DNA from: Octopus bimaculoides
Lineage: Eukaryota
Length of the DNA: 56,971 bases
NCBI RefSeq assembly: GCF_001194135.2
Contig: NC_068983.1
Coordinates: 157,173,729-157,230,699 of the forward strand
Direction: 5' to 3'
Shown here: positions 25,601 to 40,100 of the stretch, one piece after another
Numbering within the stretch: the first letter of the stretch is position 1
Layout: every line of letters begins with the position of its first letter
Program-made: the position numbers and the translations under genes
The notes under the pieces: generated by a model
Databases searched by the model: none
Told to the model about the DNA's origin: nothing
What the model saw: the letters and a program-made list of their open reading frames with translations, nothing else

Positions 25601-26883
25601 AAATCCAGAGACGGCTGAACCTAGTGGTCCCAAGGCTGACAACTAATGTGGAACTGCAGGCAGCTTTCCTCAGGGTGTGGGCATAGGTGCCAATGGCTTT
25701 TGTGAACTGCTTCATGTACTCCATGTACCAACGGTGTATGGCCGTTTTGAACACCAAGTGAGTGTATACACAGTTTTGAACATATCATGCCCTACAATCT
25801 CAATGTGCTGGATCCACCCACTACCATAATACATGACAACAAACCATAGACTGTGGTCAAGGTGCATCCAAGAAATTGACTTTATCAGATTTATCAAAAT
25901 TTATCTCTGACTAATGAAACTAAAACATATTTCACAGTCATGTTTCGCATTTCTTTTGCAGTTCAGTGTATAATGAAGGTATAAAAAAGGAATGTTAGAG
26001 TATTAGAGCAGAAGATAAAGTGAAGAATAATGAAATGCAGTTTGAATTTATGACAGGAAGATGAACAGATGATACAACTTTTATTGTAAGGCAATTGAGC
26101 CACAAAGGAGCCCCTGCGTGGTTGCTGAGGAGGAGGAGAAGAAGAATGCAGTAAATTAGCATTTTTATAATAAAACTATATTTGATAATATTCGTTGTTT
26201 TAGTGTGGGTAAGCATTAGTGCTCACCTTGTCAACCCAGATGACACATCCCTGTGATAAAGCCTACATAAAACCAAGACTTTGTATTTGAAAGTAAAACT
26301 CAGAGTAAACTACTGCAGCAAAGCTTACATCTGATAAGAGTAAGTTACTAACAGTTTTACTTACATTTTCCTTGGATGTAAACCCAAGTACTGTAAAACA
26401 TTTTGTGCTTTTATATTTTTCACTCTCTTCAGAGAGAGGAACAAGAGTAGAGCCATAGTAAAAACCTAAGAAAAAATTAAAATATGTCATTTTATGACAC
26501 AATAGAACAAAATATTACACAGCACAATAAAATATTCATACATTAAGATTGTAAAATGAGTTTATACCTTAAATCTTTCCTGAAAAGAAAATATATATTT
26601 TTTTAGAAAAATACTGAATTTAAATTTTTAAAACAAAGAAAAGGGTTGTTGTATAGTAACCCTCTTCTTTGTTGTACTTTTAATATCTTTCTCCAAGTTG
26701 AAATGACAAAGACATATAGGCGTAGGAGTGACTGTGTGGTAAGTAGCTTGCTTACGAACCACACGGTTCCGGGTTCAGTCCCACTGCGTGGCACCTTGGG
26801 CAAGTGACATCTACTACAGCCTCATGCCGACCAAAGCCTTGTGAGTGGATTTGGTAGACGGAAACTGAAAGAAGCCCGTCGTA

Positions 26884-26922
<39 letters not shown>

Positions 26923-28092
26923 GCGTATATGTTTGTGTGTCTGTGTTTGTCCCCACAACACCGCTTGACAACCGATGCTGGTGTGTTTACGTCCCCATAA
27001 CTTAGCAGTTTGGCAAAAGTGACCGATAGAATAAGTACTAGGCTTACAAAGAATAAGTCCTGGAGTCAATTTGCTCAACTAAAGGCGGTGCTCTAGGATG
27101 GCCACAGTCAAATGACTGAAACAAGTGAAAGAGTAAAAGAGTATGTACATAAAACAGCCCAAGTGATCTTTTTCATTTTAAGTCTTTTTCTGCTACATTG
27201 TGTGCACTCTCTACAACCAAGGCACACCAATTCTACAACACCACTCCATTACATATCATCACAGCTACCCCTTGCATATATCAAGTAATACTTTTAATGA
27301 TCAATTACTTTCAGCTCTTATACTCCATGTTTTGCAAACAACTTGCACATGCAAATACTACCAGTCGAAAGCTCTGCATACTGGAAGCCAACAAGTGTAT
27401 GGGGTCACCAGGAGAGAATGCGTGCCATTTCAGGGCCTACTTCTTGACAGCATCATTGCGCACTGGCCCCACCTCATTGATATGTGACTTCACTTGCTAG
27501 ATCAACTGGTTATCAAATAAAGCTCAATATTCTTCTAGCCATCGCTCATCTCTTTTTAACCAAATCCCATGGCAAGCCTTTTCCACTGCAGTTTGGATAT
27601 CGGTCATGGCAGTATTTACTTTACTATGAATTAGGCCTAATGATAACAACAGTCACCTAACACTGTGTCCCAACAAATTCTCTACATCCAACTTCGATTG
27701 GAAAATGCTCTACTTTCCAGCCTGCATCTTCACATTCCTCAAAGAGGTTTACATAACGGTCAGTCTTTCAAGCCCAAGCGGCATCCATGTTATCTTCATG
27801 AGGAACCATTAACTAGACTAGATTCACCACTTTCTTTCTTTCACACCACATTAAAATGTCCCTTTTTTGTCATAACTAGGATGGGAAGGAGTCCCTGGCA
27901 CCCTGGTGAATCTGCAGCCACTTCCCAATAGCCGTTCCACTTTTCATTGCTCAGAGGAAGTTTCTTCTTCTTGAAACGGATCTGCTGTCCTGAGCACATG
28001 AAGGTAATGAAATCTCTGGTCGGTACTCATTTTATATATTTTAAATCTATTTTGAATACAATCTTTAGAATTTAATGTACAATACCAAAAAC

Positions 28093-28126
<34 letters not shown>

Positions 28127-31100
28127 GTTTAACGTCCGCCTTCCATGCTAGCATGGGTTGGACGATTTGACTGAGGACTGGTGAAACCGGATGGCAACAC
28201 CAGGCTCCAATCTAATTTGGCAGAGTTTCTACAGCTGGATGCCCTTCCTTACGCCAACCACTCAGAGAGTGTAGTGGGTGCTTTTACGTGTCACCTGCAT
28301 GAAGGTCAGTCAGGCGATACTGGCAACGGCCACACTCGAAATGGTGTCTTTTATGTGCCACCCACACAAGCCAGTCCAGGGGCACTGGCAACGATCTCGC
28401 TTGAAAATCCTACGGAGGCCAGTCAGGCAGTACTAACATTGATTATTATATTCTAAAACTCTGATAGACCTTATCACTTTGCTCATGCTGGTCTCTATGG
28501 CATGAAGGCAGTGAATTAAAAGTTCACTTTATGCCCCAATAGCTCAATGCCATCATTATTTCTAAACCAATGAGTTGTAATCAAAATGATATGGCTTTAG
28601 AATGTACTGTACAATTCAAAATTTCTACATTTATACAGAATTGTTAATATATGCCAAAAAGCAAAGGGGTTTTACCTTTTAATCCCTGGTTGACCAGCAA
28701 TGAATATAATTTAAAATACAAATTTACATAATATTAATTACATTTATACTATAATAAAGAAAGCTGCTTACTATTAGTTTGGTTTATGTAATTTTTATTA
28801 ACAGTAAGCAATTATTAAAGTCTATGTTATCTAGACAATTTTTATAAATTTCAATTTTAATATATTTTTATCAAAATGTGGTTTCTGAATATGTTTTATT
28901 ATTAAGGATTTCAAAACTAATTTTTATTCACTATGACACAGTGTTTTTTTAATATCTAATGCTAAAATATTTGCAATGCTATTTCTAGAAATTATAAGTT
29001 TAATCCAGCATCAGCCAAATTATGTTGATTCCAGTATGCTTTCATATTTGTTGGGTGTTGTTGAAGAAATAGGAAGCTAGATAAAGAAAGTAGTTTTAAT
29101 ATACTTATTGTTGTGAGGCATAACTATAGAAGGTGCCCCACTATCACCAGATTTGTTTCCTTATAACTTTCTGAAAAATGTATATTTTGCAATGAAATTT
29201 CCTACAAACACATTTCAGATAGTGTAGATTACAATTATATCACAATTTGTTGTGTATAAGAAATATCAGCTTGCTTGGAAACAAATAAAGATTGGTGACA
29301 AGAAGGGCATCCTGCTATAGTAAATCTGCATCAATGAATTCCATCTGACCCATGCAAACAAGAAAAATCGGGCATTAAAACAATGATGATGGTAGTGGTG
29401 GTGGTCTTTATGATAAAATTACTTGCATGTAAACTTAAAAATAAAACCAAAATAGCAAAATTACCAGGAATAGTGTCCTCATGCTCAATTTCTGTTTCAT
29501 TTTCATCATTCAAATGCAAAGTTCTTGCTTCTTTGAGTGCAGCATCTTGATCATTAGCAAAAACTTTCTTCCAGCTTTGAGCAGGCTTGTAACTTTTCAA
29601 CTAAATGAAACAACAGAATAAACATAAAGTTGAATTTCGTTCAAATAATTGGAATAATTGTTAATACAGTTCAGTCAATAAATCATCTAAATTCAATTAC
29701 AGTAACTCAGAGGAGCTGTCTGACTTCCATGCTAGTGGCCTGTAAATAGCACCATTAGAACGTAATCGCTACCAGTGTTGCCTTCCAGCACTTGTGCTGG
29801 TGGCACGCTAGAAAATCATTCGAGCGAGGTCATTGCCAGTGCCGCTGGACTGGCTCCGGTGCAGGTGGCACGTAAAAAACACCTTTTGAGCGTGGCCGTT
29901 GCCAGTACTGTGTGACTGGCCCTCGTGCCGGTGGCACGTAAAAGCACCCACTACACTCTCAGAGTGGTTGGCATTAGGAAGGGCATCCAGCTGTAGAAAC
30001 TCTGCCAGATCAGATTGGAGTCTGGTGCAGCCTTCTGGCTTGCCAGTCCTCAGTCAAATCGTCCAACCCATGCTAGCATGGAAAGCGGACGTTAAACGTT
30101 GATGATGATGATGAGGAGAGCTAAAAATAACTGGTAAATTAATGACAAAATATGAACAGCAAAGTAAATACTCTACACCATCCTAGTCTGTTGTCATATA
30201 GTAATGAGTTCAAATCCTACTAAGGTCTACTTTATTTCTTCAGGTTTGATCAAACAAGCCTTATTTTACTGAGTATCAATTTATCACCACAATGGCACCT
30301 AGAGTTACAGAAGAGCTTGGGGTTGGCTCTAATTTCAAGTGACTTATTTTCTTATGCTAATGTGAACAAATATTTTAAAATGTATATCAAATACTCGAGG
30401 TCTAAATCTAATCATTACCATCGTTTAACGTCCGCTTTCCATGCTGGCATGGGTTGGATGGTTTGACTGAGGACTAGTGAACCAGAGGCTGCACCAGGCT
30501 CAATCTGATCTGCCAAAGCTTCTACAGCAGGATGCCCTTCCTAACACCAACCACTCTGAGAGTATAGTGGGTGCTTTTTATGTGACACCAGCATGAGGGC
30601 CAGTCAGGCGGTTCTGGCAACGACCATGCTCAAAAGGTGTTTTTTACATGCTACCTGCACAGGAGCCAGTCCGGCAGCACTGGCAATGACCACGCTTGAA
30701 TATTTTTTCACGTGCCACCAGCATAAGTCCAGTAAGGCAACACTGGTAACGATCACGCTCGAATAGTGCTTTTTACATGCCACCAGCACGGAAGCCAATC
30801 CATGGCCCTGGCAATGATCACGCTCGGATGTACATTTAACGCTCCAGTGGCACGAGTGCCAATCGGCGGTACTGTCATCAGCCACATCAGCGATCTGCTT
30901 TATCCATAAAAATAGACTATACACATTGGGTTCCAAATAAATGGAGTATTAACCCCAGTGAAAGTTTCCTGCTCACCAAGAATATAAATCTCGATAATGG
31001 CTTGAAATTTTTTTTCATTATTTTGAAGTGCTAATCAGCTATGTTTAACCCCTTCATTACTATGTTTCTTTTGAGATGCTCTGGTTTCTTTCAATTAATT

Positions 31101-34100
31101 TTAAATATAATAAAGAATTTAGTAAAATAACTTAGTTATCATTAAGCTAGAGTTAAGAACATAAATTGGGACTAAGGTTTAGTGGAAGATTTTAATTCAG
31201 AACTTATGAAAAGATGTTTGTACTACAGAGCCAGAGGCAGTTTCAGCTGGTTTGGTATCGAAAGGGCTAATAAACCTGTCACTCAAATGTAACTGATATG
31301 ACTCTTTACTTACAAATGCAACATTTTTAATGCGATACAGTGAAATGCCAAATTTCAGTCTGGTTCTGGGAGAAAATTGTACGCTACATTATACAATGAT
31401 TGCTTATGTGAAGTAAAGTGTATATTATCCAGTTCTTTGCATTCTAGGTTAGTTTAAGATGTCTATAAATGGTAAAAATATATTAATATGGGTTTGTAAA
31501 CCAGCAAAGAATTGATGTAGGTGTTATAAATATTTTCATTATCATCAACATTTAAAGTCCATTTTCCATGCTGGCATAGGTTGGGCGGCTTGACAGGAAC
31601 TGGTAAGGCCAGGGGCTGCACCAGATTCCATAGTCTGTTTTGGCTTGGTTTCTATGGTTGGATGCCCTGCCTAACACCAACCACTTTACAGAGTGTACTA
31701 GGAGCTTTTTTGATTTACATCATGTGAATCATAACTCCTCACCCATACCGAAGACAGCCCATCTAGGAAGCTGGACACACCAAACAAATCCAGCAGTAAA
31801 TGAGAAAATGAAAGCAATATTACATACCCAAATTGGATTATTACCTTAATATAACCACAAATTGGAATTGAAAGATTGCTACCAATTTCCAGATTACATT
31901 TCCATGCTGAAGAACTGTGGTGTTTTGTAAAGATATTTGGTCTAGACAATGCTTCACTGCAACAAATAAAACAAATATATAAGATTGTGTTAAAAAGAAA
32001 ATGTTAAAAAACATACATGTTAAAAATCAGCAGTATATGATGATACCAGTGATATATGTATAAATGAAGATAAGCACTGAGAGAAAAACTGATATACATC
32101 TTAGATGCAAGACAAATGTATTTTTACTCACTGAAAAGAGTAATTATGTCCTTTGACCATTGAATACATTTGCTCAATAATAGTTTCTGCTTCTTTCTGT
32201 TGTTCAAATTGAGATGCTTCATCACTGACTTGATTGCTATCACCTGTAGATTTTGAACTTCTTTAATATTCAAAAGAAAAAAAAGCATTATATATGCATG
32301 AAAACTGGTAAAGCAAGTCTAGCTCACAAGGAAATGATATATTTTATAAATATTGTTAATATATGAATTAAATGAAAAAGATCAGGAACACTTATAGAGA
32401 ACAACTAGAAGCAAATGTTTCATCATGTAGTTAAGTAACACAGTTATACAATTATAACATAGATGAAGCTGGAAGAGATATGTATGTGATATGCTTGGAA
32501 AGAGTAGAAAAATAAAAAGAAAGTAGTAGGGAATTTGAAAATTAGATATAGAAATTAAAATAAGATTTCCCAGATGTTTTTAATAGCTTCTTATCTTACT
32601 GATATGTGATAGTCTATCTTGGATATTGTGACCCTAACTAGTTTCTGTATATATATAATCTTTCCCAATGCTTACACTTTGTTGAAAAAATTTATGTCAA
32701 TCCAAAGTTATAAAAATGTCTGTTTCTAGCAAATAGCTAATAGTCCAGATAATATTGCTTTACTATTTTCAGACGGTGCATCTTTAAAAACAATACAACC
32801 ACACTATCTACAAATATATCTACTCTAAAATATTTATGGGTTCCATCCCAAGAAGCAAAACCTTTTTGATTCATCAACTTATCACTCAAAGCTCAAATAT
32901 GTTTAAACCTGTTCTAAGACACAAACCTCCTGTTTAAAATGAGCTAAATTAAAATCTTCCATCAAAATTTCATGTTAATTTATGTTCCAGACACCAGCTT
33001 AATAATGACAAAGTTATTTTACTAAATTCGTTATTTTCAAAATTAAGTGAGACAAATGCAATTTCAACAGAAATATGGTAACAAGGATTAATATAGTAAA
33101 CATAAATAACAATATCCAACAACCTGAACACCTCCTCAGTGACTAAACCAATTCAGTAAAAGCCAACTATCAATAAACTGCTATCTCTATACACACCATT
33201 GGAGAATTTGGGATTTTGTCCTATACAAATGTATTGGATTGAGTTTGACATGACATTCTTCAAACTAAACTTACAACTTATGGACTTACTTAAACATTTA
33301 GAATAATAGTTTCTCTACTTTTATAACTTTGAGCAAATTCAATCAAGTCTCTTCCATGAATGTGCTCATCTTTTAATTCCTATATCTCCTCTACACCAAC
33401 TTGTATCACTTCCAATGACCTTATATACCATAGACATCGCTTTCAACAACAAAAACTGTCTATATATCTGTATTTGCTCACAACAAAGATTTCAACAAAT
33501 TCAGTAAGTCACATGGAGAAAATGAAAAATATCTAGCAACTGAAACCAAAACATTACTTCTTTCTAAGAAAACAAAACTAATACATCATCCTTCTTCTCA
33601 GAAACAAGCTACAATTATAAAAATTATCAAATTTTTCACACATTCATGAATCAATATTTTTAGACTACTTAGTTAAAATCACAAAAAAATTCTTTATCTG
33701 GAGCTGTTACTAATCTTTTACAAAATCCAACTATGAACAACTATGCCTCATATCAAGATCATTTTGCCTACTTCAACAAGAAAAATGTACCCACCAGCAA
33801 ATTACTGCCTTCACTTTGTCTACTATTACTACAACTACAAAAAGGCGGCGAGCTAGCAGAAACGTTAGCATGCCGGGCGAAATGCTTAGCGGCATTTCGT
33901 CTGCTGTTACGTTCTGAGTTCAAATTCCGCCGAGGTCGACTTTGCCTTTCATCCTTTCGGGGTCGATAAATTAAGTACCAGTTGCACACTGGGGTCGATG
34001 TAATCGACTTAAAAAGAAAAAGTAGAGATGCGATGGCCCAGTGGCTAGGGTAGCAGACTCGCGGTCATAGGATCGTGGTTTCGATTCCCAGACCGGGCGT

Positions 34101-37100
34101 TGTGAGTGTTTATTGAGCAAAAATACCTAAAGCTCCACAAGGCTCCGGCAGGGGATGGTGGTGAACCCTGCTGTACTCTTTCACCACAACTTTCTCTCAC
34201 TCTTTCTTCCTGTTTCTGTTGTACCTGTAATTCAAAGGGTCAGCCTTGTCACACTGTGTCACTCTGAATATCCCCAAGAACTACGTTATGGGTATACGTG
34301 TCTGTGGAGTGCTCAGCCACTTGCAAGTTAATTTGACGAGCAGGCTGTTCCGTTGATCGGATCAACTGAAACCCTCATCGTCGTAAGCAACAGAGTGCCA
34401 ACAACAACAACACTACAACTACAAATGTTACGGCTTTTCTGAAATTAATTGCTGTATATTACCCAAACGAAACACATTTCTTATCATCAGCATTAAAACT
34501 ATAGCTGTAAACCATTGGTTCCCAAAGTGGGCAGTATTGCCCCACCCCAGGATGGTGGAAAGTTCCAAGGGGGCGTTAAAGTGGAGCAATAATGGGGTGG
34601 CAATTCATGTAAAAACAACAAAATAATGGTTTTATTTGTGAAATACAGTTGCTTTGAATTTGCTTCAGTTGGGTGGGGGCGCTAGGAATGTGGCCTGGGT
34701 GTCAAGGGGGCAACAGCCCGAAAAAAGTTTGGGAACCACTGCTGCAAACCATCAAAATTCAGAAATTTTAACAAATTTGACATTAACAATACCAACATCA
34801 CATAATCATCCCATCCTTCTAATACAAGAAGACCCAGATTGGAACTTTGGTTTTTCTCCATCTTAAACTAAAAAACAAACTCAAGATGTAGTCACAATTT
34901 TCACAAATTTAAGCAAATTAATTTAATAAATAGAAAGTATAAATAACATACATGACATTTAATGTAATTTCCTGCTGCTTCATACTGATCATAATGTTGC
35001 CAATTTGATCATCAACAAACGAACTCATCAAATTAGATAGCAAAATAATCTGGCGATGTTTAAGTCCTTTCTTTGTTCTGAAACAAGATAAAAATTAGGA
35101 AATATTATTAGATTAAAAAATATTGCAATAAATTAAATTTATTATTACCTCCGCCTTAGCGAAGGCAGAGGTATTGTTTTCAGTTGTGTTTGATTGTTTG
35201 TCCGTAGACAAGATATCTCAAGGACCACTGGATGGATTTTGATGAAACTTTCAGGGATGTTTGGCCTCATGACTAGCACAAACTGATTAGATTTGGTTCT
35301 GGACAAGGATTCTGGATTATTTTTCTTGTTTTTTTACTTAATTTTTGAGAGTGGTCAGGTTCATTTTCAGTATTCTCATTTGTGAGAGCAGTCAAGTTTA
35401 TTTCAGATACTCTCATTTTAAACATCATCTCTGGCTAATTGTTGAGAGGACATTGGTGTTGCCTTGGTAGAGGTTTGCACTCTCTGAGTGCTCTTGCTTT
35501 TAAATGAAATTTTCATTCAATTGTACAAAAAAAAAATCATGGGACAATCATAAATAAGTCTAAAGTGTTAAATAAATAAAGTTAAATGGTTTATTCTAGA
35601 ACAAACTACAATATCTTTTTTATCTTTCTATATCCTGTTTCAGTCAGTTGACTGCAACCATGCTGGGGCACTGCCTTGAAGGGTTCTAGTCAAACAAATC
35701 AATGAAGGACTTTTTTCAGCCTAGTACTTATTCTATCGGTCTCTTTTGCCAAACCACAAAGTTACAGGGACATAAACACACCAATAGCAGTTGTCAAGTG
35801 GGGGGGGGGGGAAATACAGACACAAAGTCATGTACATCATCATCATCGTTTAACGTCCATTTTCCATGCTAGCATGGGTTGGACGATTTGACTGAGGACT
35901 GGCGAACCAGATGGCTGCACCAGGTTCCAATCTGATCTGGCAAAGTTTCTACAGCTGGATGCCCTTCCTAACGCCAACCGCTCCGAGAGTGTAGTGGGTG
36001 CTTTTACATGCCACCGGCACGAAGGCCAGTCAGGCGGTACTGGCAACGGCCATGCTGAAATGGTGTTTTTTACATGCCACCTGCACAGGAGCCAGTCCTG
36101 CAGCACTGGCAACGACCTCGCTTGAATATTTTTTCACGTGCCACCAGCATAAGTGCCAGTAAGGCAACACTGGTAACACTCAAATGGTGCTTTTTATGTG
36201 CCACCAGCACAGAAGCCAGTCAGCTGCTCTGGCAACGATCACGCTCGGATGGTGCTCTCAGTGCTCCACTGGCACGGGTGCCAGTCATCGAATTTGATTT
36301 TGATTTCACTTGCCTCAACAGATCTTCGCAAGCAGAGTTTAGTGTCCAATGAAGGAAAGGTATGCATAAGTGTGCTGGTTACACCCCTGACATAGGCCAC
36401 GGGTTATGGTTTCACTTGGCTTGCGAGGTCTTCTCAAGCACAGCATATTTCCAAAGGTCTCGGTCACTAGTCATTGCCTTGCTGAGGCCTAATGTTCGAA
36501 GGTCGTGCTTCACCACTTCATCCCAGGTTTTCCTGGGTCTACCTCTTCCACAAGTTCCCTCAACCGCTAGGGTGTGGCACTTTTTCACACAGCTATCCTC
36601 ATCCATTCGCACCACATGATCATACCAGCACAATCGTCTCTCTTGCACACATCTGATGATTCTTAGGTCCAACTTTTCTCTCAGGGTACTTACACTGTCA
36701 AGTATGCAAACTGACATTACACATATAGCGGAGCATACTGGCTTCATTTCTTGCGAGCTTAGGCATGTACTCGGCACTCACAGCCCGTGTTTCATTGCCA
36801 TGTAACTTGGCTGTTTGTGCACATGCGTCATACAGTCTACTTTTTACTCTGAGCGAGAGGCCCTTTGTCACCAGCAGAGGTAAGAGCTCTCTGAACTTTG
36901 CCCAGGCTATTCTTATTCTAGCAGCTACACTTTCAGTGCACCGACCCCCACTACTGACTCGGTCACCTATGTAACAGAAGCTATCAACTACTTCTAGTGT
37001 TTCGCCCTGGAATCTGGTGGAAGTTGTTCTCTGCACAATTTCAGTGTTTATTGCTCCTGAGCATCTGCCACAAACAAAAACTATCTTCCCAGTTAGCCTT

Positions 37101-40100
37101 CCTTTGATATTGCTGCACCTCTTATGTGTCCATAGCTTACACTGGGTACATCTTATAGAGTTTCTACCTACGCCTTTTCTACAAATCGAGCAGGGCCATC
37201 TACCTGAAGGGATTTGTGGTTTGTTTGCTATTATTAGGACTTTGGTTTCAGCTAGGCTGACTCTAAGGCTCTTCGATTCTAATCCTTGTTTCCACACCTG
37301 AAGCTTCTCCTCTAGTTCTGATAGTGACTCAGCAAGTAGAGCAAGGTCGTCAGCATAGAGAAGCTGCCAGGGGCATCCTGTCTTGAATTCATCTGTTATT
37401 GGGTGGAGGACTATGATAAATAGAAGGGGGCTGAGGAATGAATTTTGGTGGACCCCAACCTCTACCTAGAAATCTTCACTGTATTCGTTGCCAACCCTCA
37501 CCTTTCTGACAGTGTCCCTATACATGCCTTGCACAGATCTCACTAACCACTCATCTATCCCTAGTTTCTTCATTGACCACCAGATAAGGGATTGTGAGAC
37601 CATGTCAAAGTCTTTCTCCATGTCAGCAAAAACCCAGGTACAGAGGTTTATCTTTGGCTAGGTATTTCTCCTGCAGCTGTCTCACCAGAAATATAGCATC
37701 AATGGTGCTTTTCCCTGGCACGAACCCAAACTGCATCTCATCTAAACTAACTCTCTCCCTAATTAGTTGGGCTATGACCCTCTCCATGATCTTCATTACC
37801 TGATCCAACAACTTGATACCTCTGTAATTATTTGTATCTAAAGCATCACCTTTACNNNNNNNNNNNNNNNNNNNNNNNNNNNNNNNNNNNNNNNNNNNNN
37901 NNNNNNNNNNNNNNNNNNNNNNNNNNNNNNNNNNNNNNNNNNNNNNNNNNNNNNNNNNNNNNNNNNNNNNNNNNNNNNNNNNNNNNNNNNNNNNNNNNNN
38001 NNNNNNNNNNNNNNNNNNNNNNNNNNNNNNNNNNNNNNNNNNNNNNNNNNNNNNNNNNNNNNNNNNNNNNNNNNNNNNNNNNNNNNNNNNNNNNNNNNNN
38101 NNNNNNNNNNNNNNNNNNNNNNNNNNNNNNNNNNNNNNNNNNNNNNNNNNNNNNNNNNNNNNNNNNNNNNNNNNNNNNNNNNNNNNNNNNNNNNNNNNNN
38201 NNNNNNNNNNNNNNNNNNNNNNNNNNNNNNNNNNNNNNNNNNNNNNNNNNNNNNNNNNNNNNNNNNNNNNNNNNNNNNNNNNNNNNNNNNNNNNNNNNNN
38301 NNNNNNNNNNNNNNNNNNNNNNNNNNNNNNNNNNNNNNNNNNNNNNNNNNNNNNNNNNNNNNNNNNNNNNNNNNNNNNNNNNNNNNNNNNNCAAGTCTTT
38401 GGTCCTCACGGCACAGAACATTGGCAAATTTTTTTCTTATCTGCTTCCCCTCTGGCTAAATAAACCTGTCTCCTAGCTTTCCTTCTGGCAGTCTGATACA
38501 ATTCCCTGCTACCACCGTTCTTCTAATCCTTCCAAGTGCGCGCACGCATGTGTGTGTCTGTGTCAGGTTTCTTTCGGTTTCCATCTGCCAAATCCACTAA
38601 TAAAGCTTTGGTCGGCCCAAGGCTATAAGTAGAAGACACTTGCCCAAGGTGCCACACAGTGGGACTGAACCTGGTTGGGAAGCAAGCTTTTTACCACACA
38701 ACCATGCCTGTGCCTATCTGTTGTAAGAAAATTATAGTCTGATACTATTTTCATTCTTCCAGTGTACATTGTAATTTATTTCAGCTGCATTTTCTGTTTT
38801 CAAATATACAAACATTTTAATGAGAAAACTATGAAATAATGCTGAAAAAAATTGGTACTTACTCTAAATTTGTCTGAAGATGGTCCATGGCCACAATCAA
38901 TGCATCAACGACTAATATCAGTCAAGGATCATGTAAACTATTAAAAAGTGTAACTTGAATTAAAATTGTTTATAATCATTTGAATGAATTTGTTTTAAGA
39001 TTTTAATTTAGTTATCCTCAATGTGCAAAGTGCACCTGCATATTTATACAAAAGACCATTATTTTAATAATATTAACATTTAATTTGTAGGTTTTGATCT
39101 ACCCAGAGCTATAGTAAAAGACATCTGCCTAAGGTGCCACACAGAAGGAATGAACCCAAGACCACAATGTTGGAAAGTAAGCTTGAGTAAAACACTTCAT
39201 CTCACGTTACTCAGCAACCACTTTGACACCTGACGTGTGGTGCACCTGTTCAGGCAAAGTCAATTTGATGGAGAGTGAGCACCGTTTGTGTAGGTTGTTC
39301 ATCAAAAACTGAACACTCATACGTTGTCTTCAATGGGAGATTCTATTATAATATATATATATATACAGGGGTTGGACAAAATAATGGAAACACCTTAAAA
39401 TTTCAAACAAATTTATTTTAATATGGGGTAGAACCGCCTTTGGCAGTATTGAATTCTATGAGGTATAGACTCATACAAAGTTTGAATTGTTTCCAAAGGA
39501 ATTTTTGTCCATTCTTCAGCTAAAACAGTCTCCAGTTCTTGTAGTNNNNNNNNNNCAACTTTAGCTGTGTGAATTGGTGCATTATCATCCTGAAAGATTG
39601 CGTTTCCCTCCGGAAACAGTTCCACAACCATAGGATGAATTTGATCAGATAAAATTCTTAAATAGTCTTGACTATTAATTCTGCCATGAAGGAAAACTAT
39701 TAAGCCAGCAGATTTCCAAGATATAGCCCCCTAGATCATCACAGATCCTCCTCCATGTTTAACAGTTGAAAGAAGGCAGTCTGAGTCAAATGCTTCTTTT
39801 GGCTGTCTCCACATGCATACTCGGCTGCTGGTTGGAAATAGGTAAAGGGTGAATTGTCTGAGAAAATAACATTCTTCCACTGCTCTAGGTACCAATTCTG
39901 TAGGTTTTTACTCCACTCTAAATGCTTTGCAACGTTTGTTTTTGAAAGTAGTGGTTTTCTGATTGCAGCTCTCCCATGAAATCCGGCTTTGTGCAGCTCC
40001 CTGCAGACAGTTTTTGTGGAAACTAGGTTCTCAGGTGGTCATTAAGCTCTGCAGTAATTTTTGGATCCGTACTTTTGTGATCCTTTCTAACAATTCACAT

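Noticed and set aside
29740-30880. CRISPR-like appearance of regularly spaced palindromic repeats
   Set aside because: These are diverged units of a LINE 3' UTR. The spacers are homologous to each other, the context is eukaryotic, and there are no cas genes.
32900-33800. Very old LINE-like remnants (also about 10800-11460 and 22100-23000)
   Set aside because: Too decayed to assign a family or boundaries by eye.
34026-34100. tRNA-like sequences with A and B boxes (also 44275, 26720 and 33842)
   Set aside because: They are SINE heads followed by family bodies and tails; no complete cloverleaf is evident.
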